From: Promethearchaeota archaeon | Lineage (GTDB): Archaea; Asgardarchaeota; Lokiarchaeia; Sigyniarchaeales; SOKP01 | Reading direction: 5' to 3' | Assembly: GCA_018238625.1 (NCBI GenBank) | Contig: JABCSY010000063.1 | Location: 1 to 23,320 of the forward strand | DNA: 23,320 nt | In this document: one piece after another, positions 8,812 to 16,573 of the stretch | How the letters are laid out: every line of letters begins with the position of its first letter | How positions within the stretch are numbered: position 1 is the first letter of the stretch | Notes under the pieces: model-generated | Databases searched by the model: none | What the model was told of the DNA's origin: nothing | Seen by the model: the letters and a program-made list of their open reading frames with translations, nothing else | Made by a program: the position numbers and the translations under genes

Positions 8812-11800
8812 ATGCGTTACATCTTTAAAATTCTCTTATTGGGTTTAGATGGCGAAGCTATTTCTTTTTACGCTCTTAGAGCATTCGGGGAAGAGGGTGA
8901 AAATAAAGGAGCGTATTTGGAGTTTTATAAGGAAGTAAAAGCCTTCGAGGATATTTGCGATTTAGAAGTAAACGCAATAACCGATGTTATTAACGCAGAT
9001 TTTGATGATATCGTCCCAACTGTTGATGGCATAGTATATTTTTTGAACCCTCTAAACGAAGAGGAGAATGAATTTTTCGACATTATATTACCTATTGTTA
9101 AATCAGTTAAAAGAAACATCCCCATTGTTTTGATGTACTACGATCAACAAGGAATTCTTCCTTTATCTGTAAACGAGATGTTAGAAAGTCTTTGGTTCAA
9201 ATATCTTGACATAGAAGCATTTGTTAATCTTCCACCAAGAGAATTCCACCAAGTTTTGCAGTGTTTGTGCGTAGCAATGATAACGGGAATCTCCCCTCTT
9301 AACATCGAAAACGCGTGGATGAGGTTTCCCATTTATATTCAACTAGCAAATATTTTTTTCAAAAAAGCAGAAAAAGAATTCAAACCTGAATTTTATTTTT
9401 TTGCTGCCCAAGCCATTAAAAAAGCTGCGATAATTGCCGATATATTAAATAAAGAGGAATTTTACATAATGTGCGAACAAGCAGCTTTTCTCTATTCAAA
9501 AGTTAAGTTATATTTAGATGCTTCACAAATTTTACAAAATGTTGATAAAAAAAAATCGGAAAACTTCAAGAAGTTATACGCAGATAGTATGGTTTTAGAA
9601 GGTAATAAATTATTTAATAAAAGACAATACGATCTTGCGGCAAGGCAATACTTGGCAGCGGCCCAATGGTCGTCAATAGAACTCAAAGATAACGATTTGC
9701 GAGACGAATCGTTTCTTTTAGCAATTAATTCTTGGGTTTCTGCTTGTAAAGTTGAAAATGCGTTCGAAATTATCAATAGTCTCCCCCACGAGAAAACGCT
9801 TCTTATTCTACGTGAAATTCCTCAAAAAATTATTGCAATGGCGGATTATTTAATTAAGGAAAGGAAATATTTGACTGTCCGCGATCAGTTGTACAGTGCA
9901 GTCTCCGAATATCAACAAGAAGGCTTATTTGACGAATTAGAAAAAGTTACTTCTAAGTTGACTGAAGTCTTAATAACATTATTAAAACAACAGCTCAAGG
10001 AAGAAAAAAGGTTTTTTGCAAAGCAATCTTATGATGAAATCGAAAATCTTTGGCAAACTTATGATGTTAAAAAATCAAATGTAGACGCTCAATTAGAAAA
10101 ATTAATTAAATTATTCTTAGACAATCTTGAATTTGGCAACGCTACAATTTTAACTAATAAGTTAAATTCCTTGTCTGTAAAGAAAAAATTAACGAAATTA
10201 AGCTCTAAAGTTGAAGACGAAAATAAGGAGTTAATAAAGAAGGAAATAGAAGAAAATATTGAGAAAGGTGTGGAAATTCTAAACGGTTTTATTGAAAAGG
10301 AGATAGAAATTTTTACAGAAATTAACACCCTAATAATTCAAGAAGCTAATTCATTAATTGAAAGCAACGATTATCCAAAAGCCGCTAATCTGGTGAAAAT
10401 CCAAGCAGATTTTTTCAAACGAATTGCAAGGGAAGATATTCAAAATCAAATGTTAAAAAAAACCTTAGATATCCTCTTAATTGGTAAAATTTATGATCAA
10501 TTTTTTAAAGTGTATCGCGAATTATCAAAGAGAACAAAAAAGGAGTATTTAAAGAACAAACTTGCTATTATCATTGAAAAGTTAAATGAAATTGTAGAGG
10601 AACGAGATTACGAAGAAAATGAAAAAATATTTGAGCTTATTATTTCAATTTTTAGAGAACAAATGTTATACGAGCAATCTAAGGAAATTAGCAGTATCTT
10701 TATAGAATCAATCAAAGCCGAAGGACTCAAAATTGTCGAAAGTAGCGAAGATAAATTTGTCATCGAAACATCCTTGGATTTAATTAAAAAAGCTACAGAT
10801 ATTTCGTCAGCATATATGGAAAACCCGGAATTGAGTTTTAATAAGATATATAAGAGGATTACAGAAATATATATAACTTTAGATGATTTATCTTCTGCTC
10901 ACGCTATTACCGATAAAATCGACGATAAATCCCTTAAAACTGAGCTTAATAAGAGAATTGAAAATCTCGAAGCCGAAAAAAGCGCCATTATCGTTAAGAA
11001 AGCCGAAGAATCTTTTGAAGGGGAGGTTTTAAAAGAAAGACTCTCGATAATTCAAAGCAAAGCAAGAGAGGCGTTCCATGACAAGGAAAGGGAATTCAAA
11101 CAGAGAAAAGCCTTTAAAAAAACCTATTATCTTGACGCGTTAGCGTATTTGAGTACGCAAGATTTAGATAATGCCATAGAGGAATATAAAGAAAGCATAA
11201 AAAATTTAATTAGAATAAAAAAATATAATTTAGCTGGCGTTTCTTTAGCAGTACTTTTTCTATTGCTTATCAAACAAAATAAAATTGAAGATATTAACAA
11301 AATACTAATACGCGCAAAAACTAGTTTATCGAGTTTAGAAAAATCATTTACTGAAACTTTTCCAGTATCTTTAGTTGAATACCTTATAGATATCGAAAAA
11401 TTAAGCGATCCTGTTGTGTTGAATGAATCAATACAGTTTATGGAAAATTTGCCTTTATTTGAAGAAGAAACCTTCCTAATTTCTGATATCTTAGGTAAGT
11501 CACATAAAATAATTAGTGAGCCTGAAGATTTAAAAAAGCAAATTATTGAAATTGAGAAAATAAAAGATAAAATTAACGAATTATCTAAAAGTATACAAAA
11601 AGAAAGGAAAGATGTTGCAAGAAGAAAATTAATGAAAAATCAATATTGGAAATTAGCTTTAGAGGATCTTTCTAACAAAAAATTTCAAGTAGCCACAAAT
11701 GAATACAGTGATACAATTCCGAAATTACTGGAAAAAGATTTTCCTAAGCAAGCCTCAATAAGTCTGATATTAAGCACGTTTTTAATGGTGAAAACAAAGG

Positions 11801-12555
11801 GCGCGTCATTAGCTCAATCCTATTTAATTGATAAACTAGCGAAACATAAAAAACACGATCTTGAAGATATGCCGGAGATACAAATCACAAAAGAGCTTCT
11901 TTCAGCGATGGATAACAATGATTTAGAACTAATAGGTTTATGTTTAGACATTCTAATAGATAAATTAACTCTTTTTGACCCAGAGATCTTATTACTCGAA
12001 TCTCTTTTACACAAAAAAAAAGAACGAGGAGAAGAAGAAGTAAAATTAACACGGAAAGAAGTTGGAAAAATAAACCTACTCAATATAGAAATGGATCAAA
12101 TAGATGGTAAACTAAGGCAAAAAGAGGGAGATACTAGGAGAGAACGAGAAGAATTCTTAAAGAAACGTAGCGTAATGAAAAAGAGATATTACAAAGATGT
12201 AATTGAATCTCTCGAAAGTACTTCATTTAAAAAGGCGGGTCTGCAATATCTCGAATTAGCAAAAGCAACATCGAAAAGAAAAGACCTTAGAACAAGTTCG
12301 CTATTAATTCTTTTGCACGGATTATCCCTTCTAAAAGTAAACGAACCGATTAAGGAAATAAAAACAAATATTAAAATATTTCTTGACTTATTAGGTTTAA
12401 ATAAGCAATTAGTTGAAGATACTTTCCATATTACTCTCATAAAATTTTACTTAGATGTGATTTCGCATAATCTTGATAAATATCTTTCACATATAAGAGA
12501 AATGTTAGAATTATTACCTCTATTTGAAGAAGAAAGACAGTTAATTGAAATTTAA
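8812..12555 (+). CDS. large alpha-solenoid protein with degenerate N-terminal small-GTPase-like domain and three C-terminal repeats
   Basis: 1247 aa. The N-terminal strands YIFKILLLG, VDGIVYFLN and IPIVLMY follow Ras-fold order. TPR-like helices follow (GNKLFNKRQYDLAARQYLAAA). R-x2-[FM]-K-x2-Y-[YW]...L[PT]LF units occur three times. Confidence 0.85.
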   Translation: MRYIFKILLLGLDGEAISFYALRAFGEEGENKGAYLEFYKEVKAFEDICDLEVNAITDVINADFDDIVPTVDGIVYFLNPLNEEENEFFDIILPIVKSVKRNIPIVLMYYDQQGILPLSVNEMLESLWFKYLDIEAFVNLPPREFHQVLQCLCVAMITGISPLNIENAWMRFPIYIQLANIFFKKAEKEFKPEFYFFAAQAIKKAAIIADILNKEEFYIMCEQAAFLYSKVKLYLDASQILQNVDKKKSENFKKLYADSMVLEGNKLFNKRQYDLAARQYLAAAQWSSIELKDNDLRDESFLLAINSWVSACKVENAFEIINSLPHEKTLLILREIPQKIIAMADYLIKERKYLTVRDQLYSAVSEYQQEGLFDELEKVTSKLTEVLITLLKQQLKEEKRFFAKQSYDEIENLWQTYDVKKSNVDAQLEKLIKLFLDNLEFGNATILTNKLNSLSVKKKLTKLSSKVEDENKELIKKEIEENIEKGVEILNGFIEKEIEIFTEINTLIIQEANSLIESNDYPKAANLVKIQADFFKRIAREDIQNQMLKKTLDILLIGKIYDQFFKVYRELSKRTKKEYLKNKLAIIIEKLNEIVEERDYEENEKIFELIISIFREQMLYEQSKEISSIFIESIKAEGLKIVESSEDKFVIETSLDLIKKATDISSAYMENPELSFNKIYKRITEIYITLDDLSSAHAITDKIDDKSLKTELNKRIENLEAEKSAIIVKKAEESFEGEVLKERLSIIQSKAREAFHDKEREFKQRKAFKKTYYLDALAYLSTQDLDNAIEEYKESIKNLIRIKKYNLAGVSLAVLFLLLIKQNKIEDINKILIRAKTSLSSLEKSFTETFPVSLVEYLIDIEKLSDPVVLNESIQFMENLPLFEEETFLISDILGKSHKIISEPEDLKKQIIEIEKIKDKINELSKSIQKERKDVARRKLMKNQYWKLALEDLSNKKFQVATNEYSDTIPKLLEKDFPKQASISLILSTFLMVKTKGASLAQSYLIDKLAKHKKHDLEDMPEIQITKELLSAMDNNDLELIGLCLDILIDKLTLFDPEILLLESLLHKKKERGEEEVKLTRKEVGKINLLNIEMDQIDGKLRQKEGDTRREREEFLKKRSVMKKRYYKDVIESLESTSFKKAGLQYLELAKATSKRKDLRTSSLLILLHGLSLLKVNEPIKEIKTNIKIFLDLLGLNKQLVEDTFHITLIKFYLDVISHNLDKYLSHIREMLELLPLFEEERQLIEI

Positions 12556-13481
12556 ACGGTGTTGGCTATTGCACTAGCTGCAAATTTCATGAGATCTTTT
12601 ACGCGCATCCTTAATGTAACTTCGGTAACGCGAGCTAATTTGCTAATTTCTTTCTGAGTGCGATTTTCATTACAGCGCCTAGATCCAATGTAAATTGCCG
12701 CAGCGGCTATCCCTTTTGGATCTTTTCCCGCAGAATTAAATCCGTTTTCAGCAGCACTTTTTATAATTTTTACTGCGATGTTCCTGCATTGCATGCTGAG
12801 CTTTAGCTCGGAGTTAAATCTATCCACATATTTATCAGGTGTAAAATGTTGCACCTTCAGATTTAATTTTGGTAAAATTTCCATTAATATTAATCTATAG
12901 CTCTTAATCACTTTCTTTTTTGGTATTTGCGCAACTTTTGTAATTTCTTCCACAGTTCGAGGGATGCCATGCACTCTTAACGCGCAAAATATTGAAGCAG
13001 CGAGTAGAGTATCGATACTTCTCCCCATTGTTAACTTTTTTTTTACGGTTTGTGTGTAAATTCTTAGCGCATCCTCAGCTACGGTATCTGAGATTCCTAA
13101 TCTTTTTTGTAACCTTTGTAAGTTAGGTAACGCAATCCATAAATTTCTCTCGTAGCTAGTAGTTAAGGATCTATGAATTTTTGCCAGTCTATTGAATTTA
13201 GATTTGTATTTTGGGCTTAACAAAATACCTCGCGCGTCTCTACTACCTCTTATAATCGTTCGTGGGCCTATAGGACTATAAACTCTTTCGTTACTCTTTC
13301 TTTTTTGTATTTCTTCTTGCGTGAATGCTCTTCGAGGTGAATCGTCAAGAATTCTATCGTACACCAAACCACAATTCAAACAAACATAGAAACCAAGTTC
13401 CTTACTGATTTTTGGAGAGTCGCAACAATACTCGTCTTCCTCCTTGTCAATATTTCCTTTATCTTTAGAATTTGGTTGCAT
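12552..13481 (-). CDS. tfb: transcription initiation factor IIB (TFB)
   Basis: Zn ribbon (CC...VCLNCG), ERNL...LQRL, and two cyclin repeats (MGRSIDTLLAASIF...PRTVEEI; GKDPKGIAAAAIY...TQKEISKLARVTEVTLR). Stop overlaps the convergent gene by 4 bp. Confidence 0.95.
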   Translation of the reverse strand: MQPNSKDKGNIDKEEDEYCCDSPKISKELGFYVCLNCGLVYDRILDDSPRRAFTQEEIQKRKSNERVYSPIGPRTIIRGSRDARGILLSPKYKSKFNRLAKIHRSLTTSYERNLWIALPNLQRLQKRLGISDTVAEDALRIYTQTVKKKLTMGRSIDTLLAASIFCALRVHGIPRTVEEITKVAQIPKKKVIKSYRLILMEILPKLNLKVQHFTPDKYVDRFNSELKLSMQCRNIAVKIIKSAAENGFNSAGKDPKGIAAAAIYIGSRRCNENRTQKEISKLARVTEVTLRMRVKDLMKFAASAIANTV

Positions 13482-13688
13482 ATTATCCGTTTAAATTAAA
13501 TGTAAATAATTGGACTATTCAATTTCAGTATAGTATTTAAAATAAACTGTATATTTTAATTTATCTAATTTAATTTCTGATGTGAAAATTTAGTCTATTT
13601 AACTATTATCTTATAAGTTTAAAAATTAATAATTATATTAATTCAAAGTTTAATAAATAATTACAAATTTATACAAGTTGGTAGCAAA

Positions 13689-14933
13689 ATGTCGTCCGAT
13701 ATCTCAAAAGTATTAAATGTCTTCTTAAAATTTCTAGACCCAAAAGTAGCTAAAATTGGTAAACTCAAAACCATTGAAGAAATAAAAGAATTACCAATAT
13801 ACTCTTACAAATTTCTTACAAAAAGCGAAGCTAAGGTTCTGAAAGATATATTGGACATATCTAATATCGAAGAAGCTTCCAAATTAGACAAGGAAAACCC
13901 CTTTGAAAGTTTAAATAATATTGGTTCAACTAAAGACCCGATTAAAGCTGCTGAAATCCAAGACGAATTAAGCGAAAAAATAGATGTGCTTAAAGAGAAA
14001 TACCCCGAACTTGAAGATAGCTTAAAAAAAGCAATTGTTATTAGTTCTATAATTACCAGAGTCGTAGATGAAGAAGATAGTTTAGAAAAAGCAGCGCAGA
14101 AAATAATAATAATTGGGTTAGACAATGCGGGAAAGACTGCAATTTTGAACAAGTTTGGAGGGCGGTTAGGTATTAACGATTTAGCTAACTTAAAGCCAAC
14201 TAAAGGTGTAGATCGTCGTTTTGTTAAAACCGAAAACTCTGAATTGGATCTTTATGTTTGGGATATGGGGGGTCAAGAAAAATACCGAAGTAAGTATTTA
14301 AATAATCCAGAACAATATTTTTTGAATCTTGATTTATTGATCTATGTAATTGACATGCAAGACTCGAATCGATTTGTGGAGAGTTTTGAGTATTTTGAAC
14401 AAATTCTTAAAATTTTAAACCTTATAGAAGAGGAACCTTTTATTTTAATATACATACACAAATGCGACCCGGATTTAAAACACGACCCCGAATCATTGCT
14501 TAAGATTGAACTTCTAAAAGAAAACCTTAATCAATTATTAACTCAGTACGGATTCGATTATGAAGCTTATTTAACTTCCATTTTTTCGTTAATCTCTACC
14601 GAACCCAAGTTTTCTAAATACATCAAAGAAGTAATGAGCTCAACAGACTCGTTAACAAACCCAACTTTAAAAAAGGTCGAAGGTCTGGGAAAAACTTTAG
14701 AAGAAACTATGAACGCGGTTATACGCTTATCTGAAAGCCTTTCCAAACAACTATCTGAATTGGATAACAGATTACGCGCAATTGAAAGCGGAGCTTTTCA
14801 AATGGCCCAAAGTGGAATTCCAATTGGAATTGCCAATCCTAATACGGCGTCAGAAAACCCAGGAGATTCCAGAACAACAGTTTTAAATGAATTGAAACAA
14901 TTATTTGAAAAAAAACGTAAATTAAACCTTTAG
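13689..14933 (+). CDS. Arf/Rag-like small GTPase with N-terminal extension and C-terminal coiled coil
   Basis: G1 GLDNAGKT, G2 KPTKG, G3 WDMGGQ, G4 HKCD, G5 YLTSIF. ~135-aa N-extension. Heptad segment LEETMNAVIRLSESLSKQLSELDNRLRAIE. Confidence 0.9.
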   Translation: MSSDISKVLNVFLKFLDPKVAKIGKLKTIEEIKELPIYSYKFLTKSEAKVLKDILDISNIEEASKLDKENPFESLNNIGSTKDPIKAAEIQDELSEKIDVLKEKYPELEDSLKKAIVISSIITRVVDEEDSLEKAAQKIIIIGLDNAGKTAILNKFGGRLGINDLANLKPTKGVDRRFVKTENSELDLYVWDMGGQEKYRSKYLNNPEQYFLNLDLLIYVIDMQDSNRFVESFEYFEQILKILNLIEEEPFILIYIHKCDPDLKHDPESLLKIELLKENLNQLLTQYGFDYEAYLTSIFSLISTEPKFSKYIKEVMSSTDSLTNPTLKKVEGLGKTLEETMNAVIRLSESLSKQLSELDNRLRAIESGAFQMAQSGIPIGIANPNTASENPGDSRTTVLNELKQLFEKKRKLNL

Positions 14934-14992
14934 ACCTTTCATTAGAATTTAATTATTGTAATTTGATTTAAACCAATAAAGAGAGGTTCTAT

Positions 14993-15706
14993 TTATTTAA
15001 AACTTCCAATAATCTCTTTAATTCTTTTGTTAATAGCAACAAGAAAAACTAATGTAACTATCCCAATAACTAAAATTAAATACCAAATGTTTTCAAATAG
15101 TAAGGGATTAAATACGTGATAGTGAATAGTCCCTCCATAAAATTGCTCAAAAAAAGTAATTATACTCAACAAGATTGGTGCAGCTAAAATTACAGCAAAA
15201 AAAAACCCAATAATCCCAATAAAAAAACCGAAAATTACATCGCTAGGGTAATGTACTCCTAATTGAATCCTGGAAAAAGAGACACTCACAGCAAAAATAA
15301 AGACAATAATAGTTATCGCTATTGAGTTTAACAAATAAGCAAATAACAATCCTTGAGAAAAAACATTATAAGCGTGCCAAGAAGGAAAGCTCCTCGAAGT
15401 TGGTTTTCGCTCTAGAACATTTATCTCTTTTAGCGTTTCGAAAGGTCTTTCTCTATCAAAACTCTTTTTTAATGGAGCAATTACGATTACACCAAGCAGA
15501 AATATTGTCGAAATATTTGAAAACAAAAATGGTGCGTACCAAATGAATAAGTAAAACACCATTAGAACGATCCATATAGTCTCTCTTCCCAAAAATGATA
15601 CAATTTTTAGAAAATTAGTGAAAAAATTACCTCCAATGCCGTTATATTTTAAAATTATTTTCTGATCCCAATTATTGACCTTGTTAAATATGTTTTTTAA
15701 TTCCAT
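14993..15706 (-). CDS. PAP2-family membrane phosphatase
   Basis: C1 KKSFDRERP, C2 SFPSWH, C3 SRIQLGVHYPSDV, multiple TM helices. Confidence 0.9.
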   Translation of the reverse strand: MELKNIFNKVNNWDQKIILKYNGIGGNFFTNFLKIVSFLGRETIWIVLMVFYLFIWYAPFLFSNISTIFLLGVIVIAPLKKSFDRERPFETLKEINVLERKPTSRSFPSWHAYNVFSQGLLFAYLLNSIAITIIVFIFAVSVSFSRIQLGVHYPSDVIFGFFIGIIGFFFAVILAAPILLSIITFFEQFYGGTIHYHVFNPLLFENIWYLILVIGIVTLVFLVAINKRIKEIIGSFK

Positions 15707-15720
15707 AATTATTGTGCTTT

Positions 15721-16524
15721 TTATTTGTTTAACCCTAAAAATTGGTACGCTTTCTTTACCTTAGGGATTTGTTCTTGAAAGTACTTAACTGAATGCGAGT
15801 CTGACCCGACAAAAAATTTCGCGTCTGACCGAAATTCAGATTTTAATTGGCGTACAATTTCTTTAGAAGGAAAAGGTCGTTTAATTGGAAATCTTAAACC
15901 AGACAGATTATATTCGATGAGAATTTTGTTCTTTACACACAAACGGCCAAGTTCTAATATCCGATCTTCCGAAGTGTTGCAATCGTCTAAAACTTTTATG
16001 TCGTTATCGTTGATATAGCGGTAAATCGTGTCGATATGACAGATGTTTTTAAATATTTTAGATTTTATCATCATCTCGCTAACTTCAAAGTAGTCGTCTA
16101 TAACTTGCTTCATTGGTGTCTTTTCTAACAATTCTAATAATCTTTCTCTTGATGTTATCGGATAGCGATAAATCCACTCGTGGACTGTTCCACCAATAAA
16201 ATCCAATTCTTTACCATAATCGTCCATAAATTCCATTAATTCAATTTCCCGATCTCGGTAATATTCTACCTCGAGACCGCCTAGGATGAAATTATAAGTT
16301 TCTTTTAACTCGTCTATCTCTTCAAGGTAATCGTCGATTTTGCTATCGTAAAAAGGGTTTGTTTTGTCTTGTTCTATGTAATACAGTTCATAATGTTCAA
16401 GAAAACAGATGTTAATTTCATTTGCTTCAGCAATCTTAATATAATCCTCAAATGTAGGTCCATCTTTCGCAATATCTGCGCTCCAGTTCGTATGGATGTG
16501 ATAATCAGTATGTTTATACTTCAT
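15721..16524 (-). CDS. PHP-family phosphoesterase (histidinol-phosphatase HisJ-like)
   Basis: DYHIHT, FLEH, GLEVEY, GTVH, CHID and GSDSH metal-binding motifs. Confidence 0.85.
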   Translation of the reverse strand: MKYKHTDYHIHTNWSADIAKDGPTFEDYIKIAEANEINICFLEHYELYYIEQDKTNPFYDSKIDDYLEEIDELKETYNFILGGLEVEYYRDREIELMEFMDDYGKELDFIGGTVHEWIYRYPITSRERLLELLEKTPMKQVIDDYFEVSEMMIKSKIFKNICHIDTIYRYINDNDIKVLDDCNTSEDRILELGRLCVKNKILIEYNLSGLRFPIKRPFPSKEIVRQLKSEFRSDAKFFVGSDSHSVKYFQEQIPKVKKAYQFLGLNK

Positions 16525-16573
16525 AGGATTGTATTATTTATAATTAAGACAGTTAGATAAAAATTTTGATTAT

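Noticed and set aside
8925-12440. Six short minus-strand ORFs inside the 1247-aa gene
   Set aside because: Antisense shadows with no motifs.
13805-14152. 115-aa minus-strand ORF
   Set aside because: Antisense to the GTPase gene, Ser/Phe-rich shadow.
15721-16524. Assigning hisJ/hisK as the gene symbol
   Set aside because: PHP motifs do not fix the substrate, and no other his genes are nearby.
15322-16560. Plus-strand ORFs 15322-15546 and 16369-16560
   Set aside because: Antisense to the PAP2 and PHP genes, no recognisable features.
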